This document shows positions 1 to 12,806 of a stretch of 64,000 nt of DNA, piece after piece; the first letter of the stretch is position 1, and each line of letters starts with the position of its first letter. The stretch is taken from positions 115,878,001 through 115,942,000 of the forward strand of contig OZ024745.1 of NCBI GenBank assembly GCA_964016885.1. The letters are read 5' to 3'. A model generated the notes under the pieces. The model had not been told where the DNA came from, did no database searches, and saw nothing but the letters and a program-made list of their open reading frames with translations. A program made the position numbers and the translations under genes. The stretch comes from Eledone cirrhosa (lineage: Eukaryota).

Positions 1-855
1 GCCTTATAGTTATACAATAGATGTTTGGTGTCGTGTGGACAACGTGTGAAAAATTCACATCTCGTGTTTAGGCAATCACTATTGCGTAATCTCTTTAGGA
101 TAGTTATTCGTTCGTCAATACATAAGCCACACGTCGGATTTCGCCTTGCGTATGGCTTGGACTTAGTGATGGCTTTCCATTGAATGGAGTAGCCTATACT
201 TGAGTCCTTGAGGGACCATACGTGGCTCGCGAGTTTCGTGGATGAACGTCTGTCCGGGTATCTGAAAGTAGACTGGTGGTTCAGGAAACGCTCCTTTAAT
301 CGGCCCTCCGCCATGCTCACATAGGATTTGACCTCCTGTGGTTCGTTTAGTCGGTTGGAAGAGACCACAGCTTCATAGATTACAGCTGGTGTGTTGCTTG
401 CTGTTGAAGGGGGCAAGCTCCAGCCTTACGGCAAGAGCACCCTAGTGGGGTGTTGTTCCTAGGGCTGCTGGTGATGTAGGCCTTCATGTTCTTAGCGCAG
501 CAGTATCCTAGTTTAACTTTGTGTCGGTTAAAGATGGAGCGGTATTTATGACTTATGGCAACGTGTATATCTAAGAGGGTTAGACATTTTTTTCCTACAT
601 TGGTTTTAACGTTGAGTGAGAAGGGAGGAGAGAACCAGATAGTTTGTCTATTGTTGTGCTAACTTTTCCTAATGGTGTTGTTGCTAGTGGGAGAGTAGGT
701 GATAGGTTGTGAGAAGCCGCTGTTAGCCAACTCCGTGTTATAGTAGGGTGCCGCCCTGTCAAAGATATCCTTATTAGAGGAGAGTTTTGAGATTCTAGTA
801 CTGATATTCTTAAGGAAGTTTCTAAAAACAGTGGGAGGGTGGCATGAGTCCTTGT
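1..855 (-). mobile_element. Penelope-like element 3' half (RT C-terminus/linker + GIY-YIG endonuclease), frameshifted
   Basis: Minus-strand reading gives HPPTVFRNFLKNISTRISKLSSNKDIFDRAAPYYN, then WFSPPFSLNVKTNVGKK...IFNRHKVKLGYCC, then VIYEAVV...ERFLNHQSTF...LASHVWSLK...CGLC...CLNTRCEFFTRCPH, matching PLE linker and GIY-YIG C-terminal motifs; abuts a (GT)n tract. Confidence 0.85.
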
Positions 856-3800
856 GAATGTGTGTGTGTGTGTGTGTGTGCGTGTGTGTGCGTGCGTGTG
901 TGTCCGAGTGTACCCCTGTGTGTGTGTGTGTGTGTGTGTATGCATTAGAAATAATCATTCAAACTGGAACTATTCAGAATAATTTATTCTTTCCCGTTGT
1001 CTATTTAAATTCCATGGCAATATTTCAAACGTAAAGGGATAATTTGAACCTTATCATTTACAGCTGATCAATAAATACATTCTAAATGATTCATCTTGTT
1101 AAACATTTTCTGTCTAATCCCGAAGAATTATGTTTATTACTGAAATATAATCGCTCAATGTTGCGATAGAAACCTACCAAATATTTGCGTTTTATGGTTG
1201 TTGTATTATGAGTAAAAGCATAGTGAAAACATAATGTCTGTTAGTTAGGAGTCACCTTTTAATTTATTTGATAGGCGACGTATATAATTACATTAATAAT
1301 CTGAGGCCATCGGGTAGCAAACATGTAATAGGATTCAAATATTGTTTATGATAAACAAAATATTTTTCCCAGTAGATTAATGTTTCTTTTGTTAACATAT
1401 CTTTACATATATTTGTTACACTCTATTTCTATACTAATGTCTCTCGTATAGGTTCCCTAGCCAATTCCTCTTAGTTCAAAACATGATTGCTACATATGCT
1501 TTTATAAAATGTGTATAACACTTTCTTTCCTATCCAAATAGCTATTATACTCTAGCTCTATAACACCCAACAATATATATTATATAATATCCAACAAAAT
1601 CTTTTTACAAACTTATTTGCTATATAATCTTCATAAAATATTTCCATATGTATATAGATACATTAGTCGTATGGAGAGTATATATTCGCATGTCAGAAAG
1701 AAATAACGATGTCAATTTACTGCTGCCTTCAGGTTCTTTGTAGATTACCATTAACATCAATACTATTTATATTTGTTGAGATAATATATATTATATATAT
1801 TATATATATTATATAGTATTCGATTTAAAAGCAATGCTCATAAGCTTGTTTCATATAATCCTTCAACACTCAATCATTCAGATGCAATCTTTGAAGGTTG
1901 CTACACGCAACTCTTTGCGTAACTTCCCTTCACGAATCCTCGACATTATTTCTTTCTTTCTATCGTGTCCTCTACTTTCTGCTCAACGTTTTCCTTTCAT
2001 TTACCATTGGTGAGCTATTTGTTAAGTTCGGATGTGCTTACATCTAATCATCGTAATAATTAATGTTGATGATTTAGTTGCATAGTCTATGAGTTACATT
2101 GTATGTTTTATAACTTAATCCCTTTTATTTTGTATAATATAAATAGAATCGACATTGCTATTGGAGAAGTTATTTCTTTTAATCTCCATCTTTTGTATTG
2201 CCTCCATCTATAGATTATTCGATGTGGATATCAAAGTGGATTTTTATATACATTTTCAAAGTACTTTCCTAATACTATTTGTTATTTTCAGTTACTTATT
2301 CATCCATACACGCATATAACCAGTGTTCAATTATACCTTTTCCCTACTTCCATACGTTAGCCACTCATGGTATACATTGATTTCCCTTTCAAGGATCAGA
2401 AACCTTCTTACAGATTTCACTCTAACCCACATTATATAAATTATGGTTTACACTAAGAATGATGATTTCTCACGTCAACACGCTAACACGGTCAATATCT
2501 CACACGGTTACGCTTTTCCCTTCCTTCGCTCTTCCACTCATATGTCTGCCGCACAGAATCAAATAACCTTTCGTTAAACATACACGGAGAATGTTTTTTT
2601 GGAAACGCCTGTTTGAATATCACAATGATACATGATTGAATATCCCAATGATTCATGGCACATATCCAGAAAATAGAATGTTTACTTTACTTCTCAGGTT
2701 ATAAGCAACACAACTAAAACAACTCCAATCCTTATGTTAATAGTCTCATGGCAATTATACTTAGCCATATTAAAACCATGCAACAAATATTAGGATTCCT
2801 ATTCAGATTTCAAATGAAATCCACATTGGAAAACTTCTAGTAAGGATATTGTTACTGTGCACGCAGTCGTTCTAAAGGGCTTCCAGAAGATAGAACATTG
2901 ATAGATTGGGAACAATTATACATCACACGAATGCTTTATGTTCACAAATACATATACCAGCCGGATTTGTCATAGTCGTCACATCTAGTGAACTACTATC
3001 TATCCACAAACCCGCACCCTATACAGTCAGTCGGTTTTGTTTCTCTCGTCTCTAACACTGTTTCAGCTCATAAATCTTGCACGAAATACTTCATCCAGTT
3101 CTTCTGTCCCCGAATGGTAGCTAATTAGAATTTATTCTGCTCTTAAAACGAGCTACAAATATTCCAAATTAAAAAAAGAAACTGGGAATTTTTAACAATG
3201 AAAGCAAATTTCACTCATTTTTTTAAGCATATAAGTTAAAGCTAACCCTCTCCCCACAAAGGTTTATACACATTTTTTATTCCTGTCGTATTTTACTATG
3301 CTTACTTTAGAATTATTTATGTTTATATTTGTGGAACTAGTCTAAATGTATGATAATTTCGATGAGTCATAGTACACATATAAGTAACCAATGTTTTCTA
3401 TTTCTTAACAATTGAACCTAAGTAACACCCACATTCATAAATGTTCAATGAATGTACGTAATTTCCACTTCTTTATTTATGCGGCCAAGTTAAGGAATTC
3501 CGCTTTGACATCGGAGGTAGCTGCCTCAAATGACTACTTAAAAAGATAAATAAAAGGCTTGAATATACCTAAGTGGTACCAGTAAATGTTTCCAAGAGGA
3601 AAATTGAGATTTCGGTCAAGTTGAAGACGTTTCTACATTATCAACTTCGATTTGACAGAAAAGTTTAAAGTACTGTGATATCAATACGTCATTTGTTGGG
3701 GCATGATCAATCAAAACGAATGGTAAGTATATTAACGTTGATTAGTGAATAGGGCTTGAGTGTGATGTAGTCTCATGCAATATTTTATAATACTTAGATT

Positions 3801-4439
3801 GTATACTGCTACTGTAAAACCAGCTACTTTTATCAGTACATGTAGAAGAATTGAAAGACCACTGCAATAGGAGGTTAGAGGATACGGTAGATCTCATTGT
3901 TTATGGTTCCTAGATAATAGAATTGATAGAAGGGAAATAGATGAGGAGGTCGCAAAACTAACCTGCAAATATATGAGGTAATATCTGTTGTTCAAGGCTG
4001 GTATGAATGCAGAAGTAATAGGTATCTCCGAAAATAATAGACAGACGAGGTATTGTAACTAACGAAATACGTAATTTTGAACACCAGAATCTTGCATCTA
4101 AAACAATAGGTTCAAGATACCAGTGCGCATGAACAGCGTAGTCGAGATCTCAGTAATGAGAAACATAAAGGAGCCATCTTGATTGCAATTTCTCCTGAAA
4201 ACATTTTATGATGCACTCTCATTTCATCCAATATAAATCGGTAGAGCTGAAGTAAAACAGATGATTGTCACCGTTGTGGAGTATATAGATCGTTGGAATA
4301 TGACCTAACCTCATGTTATTAAACCGTTCGAGTGTTAACCTGATTATATAACCAAGGCTTTACAATCTTTTCAGATCTACAAATTACGTACTGCTGTCGT
4401 GGCAATGTGAAGTGCACACATGTGGGTTTCACAAGGAGG

Positions 4440-4451
4440 GAGAGAGAAAGC

Positions 4452-4544
<93 letters not shown>
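4440..4544. repeat. (AG)n microsatellite
   Basis: ~50 AG units seen directly. Confidence 0.95.
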
Positions 4545-4548
<4 letters not shown>

Positions 4549-5049
4549 GTAGGAGAGAAAACATGAGAGAGGGAAAGAGCGGAAGAGAGAGGTATGCTAG
4601 AACAGAGGCAGGGTAAATAGCACGAAAGAGATAAATAGGGGTTTAAAATATGGACAGTTTACAATATAATGTTAGACACGAGCATGGCAGTAACGGGCGC
4701 TGCTAGTCAAATCGGAATGTCTGAGTTCTAATTAAAACCTGTTCGTCGTAGGAGTTAGGAATCGCAGCTCAACAATAATTTGTTAACTGGTAACGAAAAG
4801 CCTGAAGCCGGAGTACAAATCGTTCACGAGTAGCAAAAATATTGTTGGTGACTTATTTGAGTAGCTTCAGTTGCTTACCGTGACTGGATGTATGACAAAT
4901 GGTAAAGCATCCTGCAGCATCAATAAAAATACTCACCCATTCACTGATAGAATCTATGCATCACATAGATTGAGCGAAAAAGCTACCGAAATCCTTTTGA
5001 TTTTTATCAAGTAGACGGCAGATGGATTCAGGTGCATGTGTGTGTGTGT

Positions 5050-5082
<33 letters not shown>

Positions 5083-7038
5083 TGCGCGTTTGTGTGTTTG
5101 TGTTTGTGTATATGTACCTGTCTGTCTACGCACGTGTGTGTGGGTGTATTTTTATGCATACATGTATGCATAAGAGAGCTATTTCGATTAAACTCATCGA
5201 TCTTCGGCCATCCTTCTTAAATTAACAAAACATTTTCCGCCTCTCGTCGCATACGTGTACTCGCACACCCACTACATTTAATTAACCATTCTGTACATAA
5301 CACTCTTAGACAGTACCGAGGGCCATAAATGTCAACTTTGTCTCCTTACAAGATACAACTACCAGTTATACTCATAGAAGAGATACATGAAACTACTAGA
5401 CTAAATGACGTGACCAAGGTGTCCAAACACACACACGGAGCAGAGGCTGCTGTATTCCCTCAAATCTAATAGCACCCTCGAAACGTAAATATTTGAGGGT
5501 TTGTACATACATCTACTTTCCCTGAATTATGAACAGGAATACGTAAACCTGAACCAAACTAGGCCCTTAGTAACATGACGTCAAACTCCATTTTCTATTT
5601 TATTTCACCTATCCTCCAACATCCTTTACTCTTGACACTGGTGATAAGGCGGAGCTAAGTGAAACTGCTGAGATAAATACTCCCATCTCTCACATTATGT
5701 GTTCAATGTACTTTTCTGGTGCTTGTTCCCATAACTGTATATATATTTATAATATGTATATATAATCAATATTGTTTATTTATACACGTTATTGATATGC
5801 ATATGTCAATATTATATAGTATTTTTTATCATTCTCATTCATAAATGGTTTCTGTTACTGCATTGCTTCATTTCATTGGCATATATATTCAAGTCCGAAT
5901 GATATTAATAATTCCGTCCTTTAATATTGATCAGTGCCCTCAGTGCTTATTCGATATTTTTTACAATATCTATTGCCATATCTTGTTTACACCCCATTCG
6001 TCGGCATAACAACAGGAAGAACAATAACAAAATACAGCACATATTCAATTCATGATATTAAAGAAATAACTCATCCCTATCATTTATATATATATATTGA
6101 TTCATTTAGCATAAACCCCTTTTGTGTATAAGAAATGTTATTTTCTCGATTTAGTCTCATTTAGAATTACAAGGGTTTAATTTGTAGACCTTACATGGAG
6201 ACCTATGTAAAATCGTAATCCATCGTATCACAAACGAGAAATTATAAGATAATCTATCAGATCTTTAGAGCTTCAATCAACAACTAACTTAGCAAAGATA
6301 AAAGCTTTTTCTGCATATTATGTGATTACGTTTGGGAAGGGATCTTAGTTTACAGATGCTGTCTGTTTCTTTCGTTTCTGTGGTGTTAAGTGCTTGCAAA
6401 CATCCTCTTGAATGATATATTCCAGGAAGACTTTGCGATGGCAGAAATAGATTCAATCATTCACCAAATTTACAGTTCTTTAAAAGGTTAGGACTGCGTG
6501 TATAATAACAGTGTTACTTGTTTATAAGTGTGTAGAGTGGCGCACTGGGTCGAAACGTATTGGTTGCCAGGAGATAAAAAGGGCCCAACCACATATAGAA
6601 TGCTATCATTTAATGTTTATAATGAATAAATAACATTTTCAAAAAATAGATAAGTGAGAACAAAACAGTGCAATCAATTTATGCGGAAGAAAAATGTGTA
6701 TTTTTTTTTTTACTATTTATAGTGTATATATATTTTACAAACTACTGGTAGTATACAGGAATACTAAATGTTAATATAGAATGTTATAATTCAATTTTTA
6801 AATAATTGTGAATGCTATTTAGAGTAGAGTATACAAGTGACCGTTCTTATCTTCTCAAAAAAAAAAAAAAAAAAAAATATATATAAAGTACCTTGCGAAA
6901 ATCCAGAGACTTTCAATAATGACCTTTGGTATTTCACATTCAATCAATATATATATATCTGGGAGTGTGTGAGTATATGTTTGTTTTGGTATACGTTTGT
7001 TTTGGCCGCCCTTTTTATAAACGATTAATATACCTTGA

Positions 7039-7142
7039 TAATTGTTTATACTTTTGGCACAGGGACAACAATTATTCGAGTGCATTATTGGTACTTTATT
7101 TTATCGACCTCGTAAGGATCAAAGGCAAAGTTAACTTCGGCA
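7039..7142 (-). mobile_element. Octopus-type SINE, 3' fragment
   Basis: Reverse complement of shared core GTTAACTTTGCCTTT-ATCCTTACG-GGTCGATAAAATAAAGTACCA found in >10 copies in the window. Confidence 0.8.
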
Positions 7143-8010
7143 ATATACCTTGATAATGTCCGTGATGTTTTATTATATTTGTTTAATTCAAAGGTGCGTG
7201 AACTTTTGTCTAGGTGAGTAATTTAAGATATGTCCATTTTAAATAACGTTGTCCATTAAATTAAAGTATTATGACTTGTTTAATTAATTATACAGTCCCC
7301 TATAACGTAAAATCTTGTGACTATTGTAGAAATCAATGTAATTATTATAAGGAACTTTTATACGAAATTCTAGTATAGTCGGAATATGGGTGAAAGTGTA
7401 ACATCAAAATAAGTCAACATTTACATGTCACGGTAATCTCTTTCAACATGACGCATTCTACTGTGTTTTTATCAAATAATATATATTCGTGTGTTGCGCA
7501 GCACGTAATAAATATGTATTTAACTAAATGGATTTGTAATAGAGATATATTGAGCAAGTAATGATAATGACAAACGATTCACATGTAGGAAAGAAAATAA
7601 TTTGGTGGAGAGGTTAAGAAGAGATAAAAGACATGCAATATTGATTTAAAACATACAAAAGTATAAGATGAAAGAGAAAAGTAGCTAAAAGCGAAGATGC
7701 ATATTTTTATTTTTATTTTGATTATTGACACAGATCAGAGAGAATTGTTAGGGTTTGTTTTTTGAGAATATTTATATATATATGTTCTAATGAAAGAATC
7801 TAAAGGTATTAATAACAATATTTCCTTTTACTTCTCAACTGAAATTATGTGGCACCTGAAAAAAGAATATTCAAGTGAAATAAAGATTCAATTAGCTGTC
7901 TTAGTGAATTGTTTATGATGAAAGTATATCGGTTTCTACTAATATTCATATTTTCAATACTTAGGCTTAACAACAGTATCACATAGTTTACAGGACAACT
8001 CAATATTTAT

Positions 8011-8158
8011 GCCATGCTTTCCAGCATAGTTACGTCCCTTTACGGTCTGAGTTCAAATCCCGTCGAGGTTAACTTTGCCTTTCATCCTTACGGGGTCGAT
8101 AAAATAAAGAACCAGTAATGAACTGGGTAATTGCTTGTGCCAAATGTAGAAACAATTA
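8011..8158 (+). mobile_element. Octopus-type SINE, 5'-truncated
   Basis: GAGTTCAAATCC B-box-like motif followed by family core and GTAGAAACAATT tail. Confidence 0.85.
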
Positions 8159-8404
8159 AATGTAGAAACAATTATATGTCAATATAAATCCTGATTGAGA
8201 CGTAAGGGCGCCGTATTAAAATAAGGTGTTTAAGGGACATTTTAATCCTGGCGGAGCCCATACCTCACCAGGCCTGAGTATAGCAGATTCCTCCCAGAGA
8301 AGGATAGAAAGTAAAAGAGAGAGAGAATGAGAGAGAGAGAATGAGAGAATGAGAGAGAGAGAGAGAAGGAGAGAGAGAGAGGGGGGGGGGATATAGAGGA
8401 AGAA

Positions 8405-8505
8405 TCGTTGACTGATGCTTTTTTATCGACGTCGAAAGGATGAAAGGCTGAGTTGACCCTGGCAAGATTTGAACTCAGAGAGAAAAGGGCCGGAATAAAT
8501 ACGAC
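8405..8505 (-). mobile_element. Diverged SINE of the same superfamily
   Basis: rc contains CTGAGTTCAAATCTTGCCAGGGTCAACTCAGCCTTTCATCCTTTCGACGTCGATAAAA. Confidence 0.7.
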
Positions 8506-8589
8506 AACGTATAATATTATATATATTACATACAAAAATGATATAAACACAGATAAGCACGAGTTCGCATACGCGCAGGCAAATATACG

Positions 8590-8679
<90 letters not shown>

Positions 8680-8863
8680 GTATAGGATTATCCTGGATGC
8701 AGTAATAGTTAATTACTACACTGGATAGAATTGACGTACGGTGATGGGTTACTGAACGAGTTATGGAAGAATAGTTGAAGAAACTCAGTTCCTGGTCCTT
8801 CTGTATTCCGGAGTGTAGATACAGAAGGAATAATAACAGGTAGACATCATAAAAAGGTAATTT

Positions 8864-8987
8864 ATTCTGTGTGCTTACAAATGTTTCCACGGTGGTTATA
8901 CAGCCTAGTTATGCTATGTGCAAATTTATAACTATTTGCAAAACTCAATTATCAAATGCTGTGACCACTGTATCCTCAGAGTAGAAT
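8864..8987 (-). ncRNA. Hammerhead ribozyme-like motif with long stem II insertion
   Basis: rc: attctact CTGAGGA T-ACAGTGGT-CACAGC...GCTGT-ATA-ACCACCGT-G GAAA C ATTT G TA agcacacagaat; stem I only partly paired. Confidence 0.5.
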
Positions 8988-9294
8988 GGTTAAAATGTAA
9001 AATGTAAATACCCTTAAGTGAGGTTATTGGGGAGGATAGAGTAGAAATGGAAGAGAGAAAAGAAGGGGAGAGGGAGAGAGATAGAGAGATATGCAGGGGT
9101 TGGAGAATGGGTGAGAGTGGTTTGTAGAATACAGATATCTTAATCAAAATGGTGTGTTATTTTGATGAAATTCTCATAAACGTTTTGTCTCGATAAAAGC
9201 AGTAAATTTCTTATTTTTCATCTATGGTGCTTATAAAACAGTATTTTTTCTTGTAAGATGTATTTGTACAAACATCTGAAAAACTTAATGATTG

Positions 9295-9360
9295 TATGGG
9301 TTCATTGGTTGTTGCCAATGGTGATTCAAATGCAGTATCGTGTTTTATATTTGGAAATAA

Positions 9361-9398
<38 letters not shown>

Positions 9399-9461
9399 TT
9401 ATTTCCAAATATAAAACACGATACTGCATTTGAATCACCACATTGGCAACAACCAATGAAC

Positions 9462-9466
<5 letters not shown>
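9295..9466. repeat. Fold-back palindrome (~68-bp arms) around a central (TA)n
   Basis: tatgggttcattggttgttgccaatg...ggaaataactta / taagttatttcc...cattggcaacaaccaatgaacccata are reverse complements apart from a 2-nt indel. Confidence 0.95.
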
Positions 9467-9521
<55 letters not shown>

Positions 9522-10253
9522 GTGTGTATCGGTGTATATATATATATTTATGTGTGAGTGTGTGTATATAAAAGACCATATTTTGTAAGGATTAATACAT
9601 ATATTTTTATATTATGAATATCTATAGCATATTGTACGTCTTCAGAGTTAAGCAGACTATGCTCTGAGAAAAATAAATATATACACATATACTTACACGC
9701 ACACTCACTTAGAATCATACACACACACGAACAAATATCCACACATTAATCATACATGTATTCAGACACTCATCACCCGAATATATACACACAACCGGCC
9801 CACATGATAGCAATCAAACACGCGCATGTATTTCCTTTCAATGAAAAATTTCATAGAGACTCAATAAGTATATAATTTATAGATTCAATTCAAATGTCAC
9901 AATTCAGCATTTACATGACCTGCCAGTTTCCTCATGCTCTTCTGGTTAGAGAAATCGATTCACAGTCACTGAAGGAAGATTTTTCGATAATTAATTTGAG
10001 AATGTAGAATTTCAACGTTTGAATATTTTGCTTCAAACCTATCTGCACCTTTGCTAAGTACCAAATATATTTAAGTGAGTTTTAGGAAAAGAGTTATATA
10101 TTTTGTACACACGAGACAACATAATTATACGCAAATAATAGGGATTTGATGTATTTTGATATAAAATATATCTAAACATTTGATGCAGTGGTTTTCATTC
10201 ATGGATGATTACCAGATACTCGGGTAACACATACACACACACCCTATACGCAA

Positions 10254-10328
<75 letters not shown>

Positions 10329-10402
10329 AAAGTATATATCTTTCGTTTATTACTATTATATTATATATATATATATATTCTTATATATGTATATATATAT
10401 AA

Positions 10403-11003
10403 ATATTGTTATACTTTGGGAGGGTCATGTTACCAATAAGAAACACACGCACCAGCTGCTTTCAATTCAATTTATTATAAATTAAATTTATAAACATAAA
10501 TGAACTCCAACCAAAATTAAATAGAAAGCATGAATGGAATAGCAACATCACAACTTACAATTAAGGACAAATGAAAACACACACACACATAGAACAAACA
10601 ACCAACCAGTAACATGTAAATAAACAAATAAATAAACAAATATAAACACACACATACACCCGGATGTAACACATGCGCAAACTAAGCACACAACACACAA
10701 AAACAAGATGGCGTAGGATAGAACAAAGGAGAGGCACAAAAACGAAGAAAAGAATCCCCAGTCACTTAAGAGGTTACAGAATGTGTGACGAAAGAACTTT
10801 GACAATATATGAACAATCGTCTGGTTGTGGAACCAACCAACCAACCGGAAATTTATAAATTTCTAAATTTATAATAAATTGAAGTAAAACAACTGGTGCG
10901 TGTGTTTCTTATTGGCAACATGACCCTCCCAAAGTATAACAATATCGGTTTCAACACACGTTTTCAGATAAAGAATCTTGCTAAACAAATTCAGAAACGA
11001 AAT
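10403..11003 (+). mobile_element. Penelope-like pseudo-LTR remnant with inverted 5' copy of its end, hammerhead motif and ORF-start tail
   Basis: ~88-bp inverted arms (10403-10490 / 10855-10945); plus frame ends INELQPKLNRKHEWNSNITTYN* (GIY-YIG C-terminus); HHR-like gtca CTTAAGA g gttaca gaatg tgtgac GAAA gaactt tgac at 10761-10803; ATG at 10920 opens MTLPKYNNIGFNTRFQIKNLAKQ; second copy at 54607-55060. Confidence 0.75.
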
Positions 11004-12033
11004 ACATATATATAACCGCCAGAGATTCGATTTTACTGATTTCCAATTATATTATTCTCCTAGATTTAATAATTAACTAATTAATTTAATTAGACAATTC
11101 TGTTGATTGGTTAATTATTTGTGTTTGTTTTATAACAAATAGTTGAGAGCTTATCATGATGATTAGCGGAAATTAAAATATTTCCTTTCGCTAGCATTTT
11201 GAATGACCAGCCTAAAACCGGGGGTTATTTCCCTTGTCGGAATTAAAATGTGATAACTATAAATGCGATTAGCTGTATGGAGCAGCAACATATAATTTAT
11301 CACTCCGGTCCTAGGCAGAACGAAATACTGTTGATAAACTGAATCCTCCGCTCGATCACCAATACCATGAGCTTGCCATTCACGTAAGTCTGATATTTGA
11401 TTTCGGATTCAAAGAAACACTTTAAACGATTGTTCGTTTGATTTGTCCAGGTGTACTTTTCTCAAACTGATTAATTCTATCGTTACTTTGGTATATATTG
11501 TGTGTTAGTTTCGCCTATCACAATGTTCGATTTATCAAGCTATTTAAACGTATGTTATTACTCTGAGGTCTTATCTTATCGAGTGCTTTGCTAACTCATC
11601 ATTTCATATAAGTAGGCCGAATTTACTTGCAAACCGCCAGAGATTCGATTTTACTGATTTCCAATTATATATATATATATATATATATAAATATATCATT
11701 CTTCCCACCTGCTCCTAAATAGAACCATAAATCAAGCTTAGTAACAAACATATGTCATTACTCATGGGATGGTCGATAAGTTTTTGTGGAAGACTGATAG
11801 CCTGTGGGAGTTTGTGATGATAGACGCAAGGTGTAAGGAAACAGATAAATATATTCTATGCCTTATACTCTGTGTGTACGTTTGTGTGTTTATAATTTAA
11901 TGTATTTTATATAGTAAACATTTGAAAGAGATCTCTATCCGTGCAACGAGATGTGATATAGAGATATTTAATATTGTCACTTAGTGTAATACATATCTTT
12001 ATATATTTTTAATGTCTTTTACATAGTAATAAC

Positions 12034-12217
12034 TGTTTCTACTTTAGGCACAAGGCCAGCAATTACCCAGTGCATTACTGGTACTTTATTTTATCGACCC
12101 CGTAAGGATGAAAGGCAAAGTCAACCTCGGCGGGATTTGAACTCAGATCGTAAAGGGACGTAACTATGCTGGAAAGCATGGCGTCCGATCCTCTATTGAT
12201 ACTGCCAATCCACCGCC
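12034..12217 (-). mobile_element. Full-length octopus-type SINE with 18-bp target-site duplication
   Basis: Complete family sequence from GGCGGTGGATTGGCAG to GTAGAAAC; cttttacatagtaataac repeated at 12016-12033 and 12217-12234. Confidence 0.9.
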
Positions 12218-12614
12218 TTTTACATAGTAATAACGTTATTAAATATACCTTATATTATTATGTGTTTTATCTTAAACTGTTCCTATATCGATTTGCTATA
12301 TATTTCTTTATAGTATTAAGTACATGATGAAGAAAACCATATTTACGTTATAACCACACCATTTTCCCTTAAACAAGAAGGAGGTATGGAGTAACGGTGA
12401 AGGAAGAGCTAAGACACTAAACACTATAATACCTTTAGTTCAGTTCTCTGCCGTTTCTGTCTCTCAGATAACAATAACTAAATTGGGTTCATTTGTTGAA
12501 GGCCACTTCATGTGATACCAAACTATAGCTAGATGGCTTAATTCCATGAGGCCCTATCTTCCAGTATCAAGAATAATAATCAATGCGGGCATACAGACAT
12601 TTTTTACTCGGTGG

Positions 12615-12806
12615 GGCGGTAGGTTGGCAGTATCGGTAGAGCTTCGGACAGCATGATTTGCAACACAGAGTTGTTGCCCTTTACATTCTGAGTTCAAATC
12701 CTGCCGAGGGTAACTTTCCCTTTCTTCCTTACGGGGTCGATAAAATAAAGCACCAGTAATGCGCTGGGGTAATTGCTGGCCTTGTGCCAAAAGTAGAAAC
12801 ATTATT
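12615..12806 (+). mobile_element. Full-length octopus-type SINE
   Basis: GGCGGTAGGTTGGCAGTATCGGTAGAG...GAGTTCAAATCC...GGGGTCGATAAAATAAAG...GTAGAAAC. Confidence 0.85.

Noticed and set aside
1300-4400. Moderately complex sequence that might be coding or an old transposon
   Set aside because: No sustained ORF or recognisable motif found by eye on either strand
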